From Pecten maximus (lineage: Eukaryota), in NCBI RefSeq assembly GCF_902652985.1, contig NC_047032.1, positions 6,572,001-6,636,000 on the forward strand: a DNA stretch of 64,000 bases, read 5' to 3'. Positions 50,240 through 64,000 of this stretch are shown here, piece after piece. The notes under the pieces were generated by a model. That model made no database searches, had not been told where the DNA came from, and saw nothing but the letters and a program-made list of their open reading frames with translations. Numbering within the stretch: the stretch's first letter is position 1; every line of letters starts with the position of its first letter. The translations under genes were made by a program, and so were the position numbers.

Positions 50240-53200
50240 ACCCAACATATACCTATAGCTATTCACATATACCTAGTCACACATACCTAGTCACACATAC
50301 CTAGGCACACATACCTTGTCCCAATGTACCTAGTCACACATACCTAGTCACACATACCTTGTCACACATACCTAGTCACACATACCTTGTCCCAATGTAC
50401 CTAGTCACACATACCTAGTCACACATACCTTGTAACACATACCTAGTCACACATACCTAGTCACACATACCTTGTCACACATACCTAGTCACACATACCT
50501 TGTCACATATACCTAGTCACATGTACCTAGTCACATATACCTAGCCAAATATACTTAGCCAAATATATACCTAGCCAAATATACTTAGCCAAATATATAC
50601 CTAGCCACATATACTTAGTCACATATTCCTAGCCACATATACCTTGTCACATATACCTAGTCACATATACCTAGTCACATATACCTAGTCACATATAGCC
50701 ACATATACCCAGCCACATATATATATACCTAACATATACCTTGTCACATATACCTTATCACACATACCTAGCCACATATACCTAGCCACATATACCTAGT
50801 CACATATACCTAGCCACATATACCTAGTCACATATACCTAGCCACACATAACTAGTCACATATACCAAGTCACACATACCTTGTCACACATACCTAGACA
50901 CACATACCTAGTCACATACACCTAGCCACATATACCTAGTCACATATACCAAGTCACACATACCTTGTCACACATACCTTGTCACATATACCTAGTCACA
51001 TATACCAAGTCACACATACCTTGTCACACATACCTAGCCACATATACCTAGTCACATATACATACCTAACATATACCTAGCCACATATACCAAGTCACAC
51101 ATACTTAGCCACACATACCTAGCCACACATACCTAGCCACATATACCTAGTCACATATACCAAGTCACACATACCTAGCCACATATACCTAGTCACATAT
51201 ATATACCTAACATATACCTAGTCACACATACCAAGTCACACATACCTAGTCACACATACCTAGCCACATATACCTAGTCACATATACCAAGTCACACATA
51301 CCTTGTCACACATACCTTGTCACATATACCTAGTCACATATACCAAGTCACACATACCTTGTCACACATACCTAGCCACATATACCTAGTCACATATACA
51401 TACCTAACATATACCTAGCCACATATACCAAGTCACACATACTTAGCCACACATACCTAGCCACACATACCTAGCCACATATACCTAGTCACATATACCT
51501 AGCCACATATACACCTAGCCACATATACCTAGCCACATATACCAAGTCACACATACCTAGCCACATATACACCTAGCCACACATACCTAGCCACATATAC
51601 CTAGTCACATATACCTAGTCACATATAGCCACATATACCTAGTCACATATATATACCTAACATATACCTAGTCACACATACCAAGTCACACATACCTAGC
51701 CACATATACACCTAGCCACACATACCTAGCCACATATACCTAGCCACATATACCTAGTCACACATACCAAGTCACACATACTTAGCCACACATACCTAGC
51801 CACATATACCTAGTCACACATACCTAGCCACACATACCTAGCCACATATACACCTAGTCACACATACCTAGCCACATATACCTAGTCACATATACCTAGT
51901 CACACATACCTAGCCACATATACCTAGTCACATATACCTAGTCACACATACCTTGTCACACATACCTTGTCACATATACCTAGTCACATACACCTAGCCA
52001 CATATACACCTAGCCACATATACCTAGCCACATATACCTAGCCACATATACACCTAGCCACATATACCTAGCCACATATACACCTAGCCACACATACCTA
52101 GCCACATATACCTAGTCACATATACCTAGTCACACATAACTAGCCACATATACCTAGCCACATATACCTAGCCACATATACCTAGCCACATATACACCTA
52201 GCCACATATACCTAGCCACATATACCTAGCCACATATACCTAGCCACATATACCTAGTCACATATACACCTAGCCACATATACCTAGTCACATATACCTA
52301 GTCACATATACCTAGTCACATATACCTTGTCACACATACCTAGCCACATATACCTAGCCACATATACACCTAGCCACATATACCTAGCCACATATACCTA
52401 GCCACATATACCTAGCCACATATACACCTAGCCACATATACCTAGTCACATATACACCTAGCCACATATACCTAGTCACATATACCTAGTCACATATACC
52501 TAGCCACATATACACCTAGCCACATATACCTAGTCACATATACCTAGTCACATATACCTAGTCACATATACCTAGCCACATATACCTAGTCACACATAAC
52601 TAGCCACATATACCTAGCCACATATATACCTAGCCACATATACACCTAGCCACATATACACCTAGCCACATATACACCTAGCCACATATACCTAGCCACA
52701 TATACACCTAGCCACATATACCTAGTCACATATACCTAGTCACATATACCTAGCCACATATACCTAGTCACACATAACTAGCCACATATACCTAGCCACA
52801 TATACCTAGCCACATATACCTAGTCACATGTACCTAGCCACACATACCTAGCCACATATACACCTAGCCACATATACACCTAGCCACATATACACCTAGC
52901 CACATATACACCTAGCCACATATACCTAGCCACATATACACCTAGCCACATATACCTAGTCACATGTACCTAGCCACACATACCTAGCCACATATACCTA
53001 GCCACATATACCAAGTCACACATACTTAGCCACACATACCTAGCCACATATACACCTAGCCACATATACACCTAGCCACATATACCTAGTCACATATACC
53101 TAGCCACATATACACCTAGCCACATATACCTAGCCACATATACACCTAGCCACATATACCTAGCCACATATACACCTAGCCACATATACCTAGCCACATG

Positions 53201-54865
53201 TACCTAGCCACATATACCTAGCCACATATACCTAGCCACATATACCTAGCCACATATACACCTAGCCACATATACACCTAGCCACACATACCTAGCCACA
53301 TATACCTAGCCACATATACACCTAGCCACATTTACCTAGCCACATGTACCTAGCCACATATACCTAGTCACATATACCTTGTCACACATACCTTGTCACA
53401 TATACCTAGCCATACATACCTAGCCACACATACCTAGCCACATATACCTAGCCACATATACCTAGCCACATATACCTAGCCACACATACCTAGCCACATA
53501 TACACCTAGCCACATATATACCTAGCCACATACACCTAGCCACACATACCTAGTCACATATACCTAGTCACACATACCTAGCCACATATACCTAGCCACA
53601 TATACCTAGTCACATATACACCTAGCCACATATACCTAGCCACACATACCTAGCCACATATACACCTAGCCACATATACCTAGCCACATATACCTAGCCA
53701 CATATACACCTAGCCACATATACACCTAGCCACATATACACCTAGCCACATATACCTAGCCACATATACCTAGCCACATATACCTAGCCACATATACACC
53801 TAGCCACATATACCTAGCCACACATACCTAGCCACATATACACCTAGCCACATATATACCTAGCCACATACACCTAGCCACATATACCTAGCCACATATA
53901 CCTAGCCACATATACACCTAGCCACATATACCTAGTCACATATACACCTAGCCACATATACCTAGCCACATATACCTAGTCACATATACATACCTAACAT
54001 ATACACCTAGCCACATATACCTAGCCACATATACCTAGTCACATATATATACCTAACATATACACCTAGCCACATATACCTAGCCACATATACCTAGTCA
54101 CATATACACCTAGCCACATATACCTAGTCACACATACCTAGTCACATATACCTAGCCACACATACCTAGTCACACATACCTAGCCACATATACCTAGTCA
54201 CATATACCAAGTCACACATACCTTGTCACACATACCTTGCCACACATACCTAGCCACATATACCTAGCCACATATACCTAGCCACATATACACCTAGCCA
54301 CACATACCTAGCCACATATAACTAGCCACATATACACCTAGCCACATATACCTAGCCACATATACACCTAGCCACACATACCTAGCCACATATACCTAGC
54401 CACATATACCTAGCCACATATACACCTAGCCACATATACACCTAGCCACATATACACCTAGTCACACATACCTAGCCACACATACCTAGCCACATATACC
54501 TAGCCACATACACCTAGCCACATATACACCTAGCCACATATACACCTAGCCACACATACCTAGCCACATATACACCTAGCCACATATACCTAGCCACATA
54601 TACCTAGCCACATATACCTAGCCACATATACCTAGCCACATATACCTAGTCACATATAGCCACATATACCTAGCCACATATACACCTAGCCACATATATC
54701 TAGCCACATATACACCTAGCCACATATACACCTAGCCACATATACACCTAGTCACACATACCTAGCCACACATTCCTAGCCACATATACCTAGCCACATA
54801 TACACCTAGCCACATATACACCTAGCCACATATACACCTAGCCACATATACCTAGCCACATAGCC
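50240..54865. repeat. Minisatellite, 14-bp unit (cacatatacctagc/t) with 16-bp variants, ~4.6 kb
   Basis: Directly visible tandem array. Confidence 0.97.
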
Positions 54866-55561
54866 AAATAAGTGTCTTTTGTAATTGTATCATATCGTAC
54901 TGTTACTAATCTGTATTCTAGGTCTGTTGTAGTAGGAAACACATTGATAAAGACAGACTTCAGTTACGACTGTGATAACCTCTGATAACATGGGCGTGAT
55001 GGACATATCCTGTTAACTTGTGCAGATCCCAAGTTGTTTTTTAATCTTATCTAATTAGATTCTTCTCTATGGGGATGTTGACCTTGCTGTGTTTTATTTT
55101 TAGATTACACGCTATTGGCTGATATTTATATACAATGTTTATACCAGGGTAAGTTTTAGTACTTAAATAATGGTTTTTGGCCATATATAACCAACATTGT
55201 GGAGAATGTATTCTGCATTGATGTTAAAAAACTCCCTGGCCATAGCTCGATCATCTCCAAAAATATGTAAGTTAATTTTAGTCTCGTTAATTGTCTAATT
55301 TTATTATTATCATTTTTTTCCATGTTTTTCCATGATCCCTGTAATTCTGGTTTAAATTTTAAAATATTTCACACAGCATGTGATATTTATCATGATTATT
55401 ATTTTCAAAATATATCTTATTAAGAGCTTGGAAGTGTAAAATCATTTCCTTGATGAAAGATCAATCAAAGACATCAAACATCTTGAAGAAGTGATCAACT
55501 TCTTATCTTGATGAATTGTGATCAAAATTCTCAAAACATATTAATGAAAATACAATCAAAT

Positions 55562-56080
55562 CATGTCTGGTAATAAGCCCATGTCTGTTAATGACTCTAT
55601 AATAAGTCCATGTCTGGTAATAAGTCCATGTGTGGTAATAAGCCCATATCTGGTAATAAGCCCATGTCTGGTAATGACTCTATAATAAGCCCATGTCTGG
55701 TAATAAGTCCATGTGTGGTAATAAGCCCATATCTGGTAATAAGTCCATATGTGGTAATAAGCCCATGCCTGGTAATAAGTCCATGTGTGGTAATGACTCT
55801 ATAATAAGCCCATATCTGGTAATAAGTCCATGTCTGGTAATGAATCTATAATAAGCCCATGTCTGATAATAAGCCCATGCCTGGTAATAAGTCCATGTGT
55901 GGTAATAAGCCCATATCTGGTAATAAGTCCATGTCTGGTAATGACTCTATAATAAGCCCATGCCTGGTAATAAGTCCATGTGTGGTAATAAGCCCATGTC
56001 TGGTAATAAGCCCATGGTATGTTATAAGCCCTTGTCTGGTAATAAACCCACCGTCCTAGTAATAAGCCCACACCTGGTAA
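55562..56080. repeat. 18-bp minisatellite (ataagcccatgtctggta) with periodic 10-bp insertions
   Basis: Directly visible array; a degenerate relative occurs at ~63905-64000. Confidence 0.93.
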
Positions 56081-57912
56081 TACGGAAGTTTTGGGGTTTT
56101 AGTCTCGCCTGTGAAGAAAAGTCATGAAAAGAAGACTGATATTATATATATAATGACATTTCCAGTGATGTGTCAACATTTCATATTTTAAAGTTTTGTG
56201 TTCTAACTAAATTTGTTTCTCAAAATGTATACTGGGTTAGTCCAACTTCAACCAACTTGGTATACAGTTAGCAAATTTTTTTTTTTTAATTTGTGAATTT
56301 AGCAAACTCCAAAATTCACTAAAATTTCGTACTGATTAGGCCATGCGGCCAACAGGCATAACATGTATTGTACATATGTACATGTAATTGTGTGTGATTT
56401 GAGTACATCTATTTTTATTTGAATTGTTTGGCACAAGTGCATTTTAACCCGTTCATATACTTCCTTTTAAATATTGGGTTAAGTGAAAGTCATTAAATGA
56501 AACAGGATACAAAAATTTAAACAATACCAAAAAATATCTATACATAGTGTTGCTGTGCTTTCATATTGTGTGTTAACATCTCCTGGCTGGGCGATTTGGT
56601 GCCATGGATCGTGAGTGCTAGGCTTGGACTAGGTAGTCAAATTGTCTTCCTTCGTCAGTTGTGTTATTATGTTATATATATAATTTATAACACAATATAT
56701 ATTTATATGTATGTGCTGTTTAGTTTAAGAAGTGTAATTCATCTGATATGTGTCTAACAACAGATATAAAATTATTGTTATATACATGTACATATTTCAT
56801 ATATATGCACATCTTCACTTAATTTTCACTTTATATAAGATTTGATGAAAAGAGTGCAAGAATTTTTTATTTCCCAACCCTTGGTGAGCAAATCATTTGA
56901 GATGAATTTGTTATTCAGAAAACTGACATTTTGACAGGTTCTGAAATGAAATTGTTGAGGACAAAATCAAACAGAGGCAGCCATTTTGTTGTGCTATTCA
57001 CAATTCTTCACGTCACATTAAATATTGTTTACAAACAAAACAATACCATATATATAAAAATATATGATTATTTTTTGTATTTAAAGAAGAATAATTAATT
57101 GTCCAGTGTCTGTACACAGAATGCGGCTTTCTGATTGGTTTAGAGATTTTTTTCATACCCCAATGAAACTAAAAAATCAATGCTTAATTGCCTGAATTCT
57201 TTAAATATGATTTTATTTGTTATTTTTCAGTAATTGGAGTCACAAACGTAAGGTCAGAGTTCATCAAAAGGTCATTCATCAAGCTATGAATCAGTGACCT
57301 GAAGCTCTGATGGTATTTGAGGTTAAAGGTTAATTGCCTGGAAAAGAGGCTGGGTGCAGATCTAGAACTCACTGGAGGAGGTCAGAGTTCACCCCAGAGA
57401 TGTAAAGGTCTCCAGGAGAATTCGTGTGATATTTACACCTTAGATGTTTACCACAACAAGAATGTAAACAATACAAGTAAGTTTGATAAAGTGACACTAT
57501 AGGGTTATTTTATGTGGCGGTAAATACAGGGGTGTATTGTACTGTAGATATTTGAGATGTTAAGTGGTTATATAAGTTACTGTTATGTAACACTTGTAAC
57601 TTACTAAATCTTCTATTACGGTATTTGTTGATATCCATCTGGATGCCTCCTACAGATGACTTCTATAATTAATTATAGTATATAGGCCTTCCTGGAACTA
57701 GCTATCAACGAAAGGGATCATTATGCTGGGACACAAACAATGCTCTGGCATAATGTTTGTAGTTTATCTACTAGATCTATATATGTGACTGTTTCATGTT
57801 CTTTGTATGCGAGATAGACTTGGTTATAACTGGAACAAGGACATTTTAAGCCCCATCAATCAATCAATCAATCAATCATGATCTCTCTATGTGATTGTTT
57901 GAAATTTACTTG

Positions 57913-58090
57913 CAGGGCTTTTTGGGGCCTTTAATTGGCCCCATTCCCAAATGAAATTATTTCATATTTAAGCCAAAATTCCCAAAATTTGCAGTTTACT
58001 TCTGAAAGAATCTTTCCCATTAACCAATTTTCTGTCCAAAATGAGACAAAAAGGCTGCATCCCAATGCAAACCAGTGCGAAAAAGCCCCG
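57913..58090. mobile_element. MITE with CAGGG terminus and a 5-bp TSD
   Basis: cagggctttt ... aaaagccccg flanked by acttg / acttg. Confidence 0.7.
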
Positions 58091-60009
58091 ACTTGTGTCT
58101 CGAGAAAGTGGCCATGGGTGCAGGTTTGCCTGAAAAATTTGACAATTTTCTGCCTGTACTTATAAACTGTCAGTATGTAACGTATATTACAGTTGTAATC
58201 TCTTATGAGACCACCTATGGGACAGGCATCAGATGGTCTTATAATGGGGGTGGTCTTTCTTGAGAGTTTTGTCATCTGAGTGATGTCAATGAGGTTAATG
58301 ATCACACAAGCTAGTACATATTACATTATATACATAGATAATTTATTGTTCAGTTAAAATGTGTTTTTCAATGTTCTCCTTTGTTTATACTGTCGGTAAT
58401 GTTCTGAATTTGGTTTACTTGTTGTATGTGTAAATTATTTCGCAAAAATGAAAATGAAAGTGTATTATAACGTTATCTCGAATAATTAGCAAAAACCGTA
58501 AATAGTCAGGCTTGAGTGCGAGATACACAAAATCACCCCTCATCCCTGAAAACTGAAAATCGTTGATTCCTAATGTTAAAATGCTGAAAATTTTGCAAGT
58601 ACATATAGCTGAAAAGCAACAACAAGAATAGATATAGAAAAAAAGTACTTTTATCGATTAGTAAGCCGTTGAAGAGAAAATCGAAAATATTCAAATATAT
58701 GTTATGTAAGACATTAAGATATGAAAAAAATGTGGTATTTATTTATGCAGTGAAACCTAATGGGTCACTGTATAGGTATCGACAAGGTAAATTTAATAAA
58801 GGAATTCTGCCGGGAGTGATAGCACTACAGAAAAATCAATATTACATGAAAATATGTTTGGTTAATAAAAAAAACTGCATGTGTCATATTTGTCATACAG
58901 ATATAACTACATATGGCTTACTCAACTGTCATGTAACCGTCAGGGAAAGTTCTTTTCAAGATGGTGGGCCATCATGATCACAGAAGATAGAAGTGCAATT
59001 TAAGCTACAAAACTAGTTATTTATAAGAATGGTGTGACTGAGAAAATAAAAACTCTTAACTCAGAAATAGTTAAAATTATATTACAACATTTATCAGATG
59101 TTTATATAGAGGTTACACAACGAGTGGTTGTTGGATATGGAAGTTATTTTTTAAAAGTTACAAAAGACACGAGCTTTAGCGAGTGTTTTTTGCAACTTTT
59201 AAAAAATAACTTGCGATTGTGAAATAAATTCCATATCCAACAATTTCGAGTTGTGTGACCTGTTTCTACCACAATAATATCGGCTTGAATCAAAGGGAAA
59301 CGTGGCCAAGTATAATTTTGCGTATGCAAATAAAGTGTACCGGTGACGTCCGGGACCCGGTGATGTGACGTTATTAGATTATTGATGACATCAATAACAA
59401 TTGCAGCTTGGGTCAAAGTTCACCGTGTTAGCCAATCAAAATGCGTACAGAGTTTATACCACGTGTGGTATAAACAGATTGTTAATCAACGGCTGTAATG
59501 ATTAACTGATGGTCTGAGCGCTCGAGCAACATCATTCCTTGAGGGATTTTGATAAAATTTCACACAATAATAAAGGACCATAATATCACATCTTGGAGAA
59601 AATCAAGTTTCAAGTTTTGGGGTCAAGGTCACTGTTACTATTTTTTAGCGGGGTCGGTAGGGGACATGTATTTATTAAGCAATACCCAGTATGCTTATCT
59701 GATATAAAATCCTGCCTATTAGATTTGGATATATACATTGTTTAATTCAATAACAAATATGTATCTAGTTCCTTATATGATCAGACGTGTTTGATTCTTG
59801 TTGATATGCCTAGGGGTTCCGTTGTCTCATTCTGAGATTGTGACCTTACCCAGATTGATCCTAGATTTGTATGACAAGTGTCATCGATAAAGCAGAAGAC
59901 AGTTACCCTTCACAAACACCTGGTATTAATATAATCTCCTTGTACTTTTACAAGGGTCTCGGACTCTCCATATATGCAAATTAATATTTTTGATCGTATT
60001 TTATCGTTT

Positions 60010-60222
60010 TGTCAATTTTGGACTTCATCTTAGAAACAGTTGAACTGATTTCAATGAAATTTTGCAGAATATTTCCATGACCAAAGGTCAACCAAAAATT
60101 GTGGATTCTATGGTCCCCAGCCCCTATGGGCACTGATCGGGGTTGGGACAAAAGGGGCCAAATTGATTGAAATACGGGTATTAAAACTCAGGTGACTATT
60201 AAGGCCCATGGGCCTCTTGTTA
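60010..60222 (+). mobile_element. Short diverged HINE remnant (one unit plus 3' end)
   Basis: atttcaatgaaattttgcag...ggtcaaccaaaa and actcaggtgactattaaggcccatgggcctcttgtt match the 48271 element. Confidence 0.75.
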
Positions 60223-60320
60223 GTTGTAATTATGGTTTCATTGTTATGTCAATATTCTTTGTTGTTAATGATCATGAGTCATTATATTAATTAGAGTCAC
60301 TTTATGGGAATCATTACATT

Positions 60321-63300
60321 TTATTAGGTCATCTGACCCGAAGGGTCAGGATGACCTATAGCCATCGTGCTTCGTCCGTCGTCGTCCGCCGTCCGCCGTC
60401 CGTAAACTTTTCACATTTCAATCTTCTTCTCAAGTTCCACCAGTGGGATTAAGCTGAAACTTGCCAGAAATGATCCTGAGATGGTCCTGACCAAGTGTTG
60501 TTATTTTCCGGGTCGGTCCGAAATCCAAGATGGCCGCCATAGCCGCCATTTTGAAAACATATTTTAAACTTCTTCTAAAGTTCCACCAGTGCTGTTGGGC
60601 TGAAACTTGCCAGAAATGATCCTGATATGATCCCGACCAAGTGTTGTTATTTTTCGGGTCGGTCCGAAATCCAAGATGGCCGCCATAGCCGCCATCTTGA
60701 AAAACACATTTTAAACTTCTTCTCAAGTTCCACCAGTGCTGTTGGGCTGAAACTTGCCAGAAATGATCCTGAGATGATCCCCACCAAGTGTTGTTATTTT
60801 TCGGGTCGGTCCGAAATCCAAGATGGCCGCCATAACCGCCATCTTGAAAAACACATTTTAAACTTCTTCTCAAGTTCCACCAGTGCTATTGAGCTGAAAC
60901 TTGCCTGAAATGATCCTGATATGATCCCGACCAAGTGTTGTTATTTTTCGGGTCGGTCCGAAAATCCAAGATGGCCGCCATAGCCGCCATCTTGAAAAAC
61001 ACATTTTAAACTTCTTCTCAAGTTCTACCAGTGCTGTTGGGCTGAAACTTACCAGAAAAGATCCTGATATGATCCCGACCAAGTGTTGTTATTTTTCAGG
61101 TCGGTCCGAAATCCAAGATGGCCGCCATAACCGCCATCTTGAAAAACACATTTTAAACTTCTTCTCAAGTTCCACCAGAGCTATTGAGCTGAAACTTGCC
61201 TGAAATGATCCTGATATGATCCCGACCAAGTGTTGTTATTTTTCGGGTCGGTCCAAAATCCAAGATGGCCGCCATAGCCGCCATCTTGAAAAACACATTT
61301 TAAACTTCTTCTCAAGTTCTACTAGTGCTGTTGGGCTGAAACTTACCAGAAAAGATCCTGATATGATCCCGACCAAGTGTTGTTATTTTTCGGGTCGGTC
61401 CAAAATCCAAGATGGCCGCCATAGCCGCCATCTTGAAAAACACATTTTAAACTTCTTCTCAAGTTCTACCAGTGCTGTTGGGCTGAAACTTACAAGAAAT
61501 GATCCTGAGATGATCCCCACCAAGTGTAGTTATTTTTCAGGTCGATCCGAAATCCAAGATGGCCGCCATAGCCGCCATCTTGAAAAACACATTTTAAACT
61601 TCTTCTCAAGTTCCACCAGTGCTGTTGGGCTGAAACTTGCCTGAAATGATCCTGATATGATCCCGACCAAGTGTTGTTTTTCGGGTCGGTCCGAAATCCA
61701 AGATGGCCGCCATAACCGCCATCTTGAAAAACACATTTTAAACTTTAAACTTCTCAAGTTCCACCAGTGTTATTGAGCTGAAACTTGCCTGAAATGATCC
61801 TGATATGATTCCAACCAAGTGTTGTTATTTTTCGGGTCGGTCCGAAATCCAAGATGGCCGCCATAGCCGCCATCTTGAAAAACACATTTTAAACTTCTTC
61901 TCAAGTTCTACCAGTGCTGTTGGGCTGAAACTTACCAGAAATGATCCTGATATGATCCCGACCAAGTGTTGTTATTTTTCGGGTCGGTCCAAAATCCAAG
62001 ATGGCCGCCATAACCGCCATCTTGAAAAACACATTTTAAACTTCTTCTCAAGTTCCACCAGTGCTATTGAGCTGAAACTTGCCTGAAATGATCCTGATAT
62101 GATCCCGACCAAGTGTTGTTATTTTTCGGGTCGGTCCGAAATCCAAGATGGCCGCCATAGCCGCCATCTTGAAAAACACATTTTAAACTTCTTCTCAAGT
62201 TCCACCAGTGCTGTTGGGCTGAAACTGACCTGAAATGATCCTGATATGATCCCGACCAAGTGTTGTTATTTTTCGGGTCGGTCCGAAATCCAAGATGGCC
62301 GCCATAACCGCCATCTTGAAAAACACATTTTAAACTTTAAACTTCTCAAGTTCCACCAGTGTTATTGAGCTGAAACTTGCCTGAAATGATCCTGATATGA
62401 TCCCGACCAAGTGTTGTTATTTTTCGGGTCGGTCCGAAATCCAAGATGGCCGCCATAGCCGCCATCTTGAAAAACACATTTTAAACTTCTTCTCAAGTTC
62501 CACCAGTGTTATTGAGCTGAAACTTGCCTGAAATGATCCTGATATGATTCCGACCAAGTGTTGTTATTTTTCGGGTCAATCCGGAATCCAAGATGGCCGC
62601 CATGGCCGCCATAGCCGCCATCTTGAAAAAACACATTTTAAATTCCTTCTCAAGTTCCACCAGTGCTGTTGGGCTGAAACTTGCCAGAAATGATCCTGAG
62701 ATGATCCCCACCAAATGTTGTTATTTTTCGGGCCGATCCGAAATCCAAGATGGCCGCCATAGCGGCCATCTTGAAAAACACATTTTAAACTTCTTCTCAA
62801 GTTCCACCAGAGCTATTGAGCTGAAACTTGCCTGAAATTATCCTGATATGATCCCGAACAAGTGTTGTTATTTTTCGGGTCGGTCCGAAATCCAAGATGG
62901 CCGCCATAACCACCATCTTTAGAAACACATTTTAAACTTCTTCTCAAGTTCCACCAGTACTGTTTGGCTGAAACTTGCCTGAAATGTTCCTGAGATGAGT
63001 CCGACCAAGTGTTGTTATTTTTTGGATTGGTCTGAAATCCAAGATGGCCGCCATGTCCGCCATCTTGAAAAACACATTTAAAACTTATTCTCCAGTTCCA
63101 TTGGTGCCATTGAGCTGGAAATGGGTGAGGGTGTTAAGGAAGGAGGGCCAACAAAGTGTTGTTATTTTTTCGGCCTCGTAAAAACTTTGACATGGCAGCA
63201 ATGGCGGCCATTTTGTAACATGATTGCGCAATCATGGTTTTCCTGAACAACACCTATTTCAACCTTCTTCTCAAATTCCACCAGGTGGGATTCAGCTCTA

Positions 63301-63487
63301 ACTTACCAGATATTATCCTTAGATGGTCCAGACCAAGTGTTGTTATTTATTGGGTCGGTCAGAAATCCAAGATAGCCACCATGGCCAACAGTGCCACTAT
63401 ATACTTGCTAGAGAGAATACATACTACAATAATATAAGGGTTTTAATTTAGAGTCAGATGACCGTTAAGGCCCCTGGGCCTCTTGTT
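60321..63487 (+). mobile_element. Helentron-associated non-autonomous element (HINE) with ~20 internal 147-bp tandem repeats
   Basis: 5' hairpin taggtcatctgaccc-gaa-gggtcaggatgaccta, gtccgcc microsatellite, unit period 146-148 bp, 3' gtcagatgacc subTIR plus aggccc-gggcct palindrome. Confidence 0.88.
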
Positions 63488-63568
63488 GTTTTCAGGATTA
63501 ATTGACACCAGACAGCAACCATGAAGTACAGACATACATAGCCATTTGACCTTGATTTGAACATCAGA

Positions 63569-63681
63569 ATGACCTTAGAGGTGGCCTTGAACCTTGGCGG
63601 GGTGTTTTTACCTGTGATCGGAGGTTTCGTTGGCCTCTTTCTACTCGTCTATATCATTGGGGTCTGTTTGTGCTTAGGAGG
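63569..63681 (+). CDS. Probable first coding exon of a membrane protein with an N-terminal TM anchor; continues beyond the window
   Basis: Acceptor ttgttttcag at 63495, ATG at 63569, MTLEVALNLGGVFLPVIGGFVGLFLLVYIIGVCLCLG, strong donor GG|GTAAGT at 63682. Confidence 0.55.
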
Positions 63682-64000
63682 GTAAGTGATGAATAGCTTC
63701 TTACAGAGTTATTCCCCTTGATGATGATCTTCTATGCATATTTCAATTTGTTGGTACATGTATTTGAATTAAATCAATTTTTACAAGATTAAAAGTAATA
63801 TTCACGCTATTATATACCATTATCTGTTTTAATCATAAAGTAATCATGTAGAAATAATTAAGATACATGGTGTACCTTAATTTTTGGTATTCATTTTTTT
63901 CTAAATAAGCCATTTGTCTGATGATAAGCCCAGGTATGGCAATAAAAAAAAGACGACCAGCCCATGTCTGGCAATAAACCCATATTTGTCAATAAGCTAA

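Noticed and set aside
57231-57476. Exon-like segment open in one frame except for two TGA codons (selenoprotein idea)
   Set aside because: No recognisable selenoprotein motif, SECIS or homology is visible; a non-coding exon or chance is simpler
59452-59475. Short palindrome gtttataccac-gt-gtggtataaac
   Set aside because: Probably the end of a non-autonomous DNA element, but I could not define the partner end or boundaries
60430-62835. Repeated 49-aa ORFs (MIPTKCCYFSGRSEIQDGRH...)
   Set aside because: The 147-bp unit is divisible by 3; copies contain stops and indels and lie inside a non-autonomous element

Overview
AT-rich, repeat-dense eukaryotic DNA, most consistent with a bivalve mollusc (inferred from the SINE and Helentron-derived repeats and the intronless nAChR-like genes). 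1-20.6 kb: a cluster of four divergent Cys-loop (nAChR-like, non-alpha) channel genes with intronless coding regions. One is cut by the window edge, two are intact (4186-5472 -, 19299-20582 +), and one carries four 1-nt frameshifts (12251-13531 -). All three full-length copies have lost most of the acetylcholine aromatic box but keep a cation-type M2. 20.8-23.4 kb: a very young non-autonomous LTR element (identical 231-bp LTRs, PBS, PPT, 4-bp TSD). 31.0-35.9 kb: a 4-coding-exon gene for an ~822-aa protein with N-terminal disordered repeats, a degenerate macrodomain, a C3HC4 RING and a Deltex C-terminal domain, i.e. a macro-Deltex fusion. 40.5-64 kb: probably the long, repeat-filled 5' region of a gene whose first coding exon (63569-63681) encodes an N-terminal TM segment. 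This region holds two Helentron-associated elements with internal satellite arrays (~324 bp and 147 bp units), a staggered triplication, a 4.6-kb 14-bp minisatellite and several MITEs. Most short ORFs in the track are repeat artefacts.
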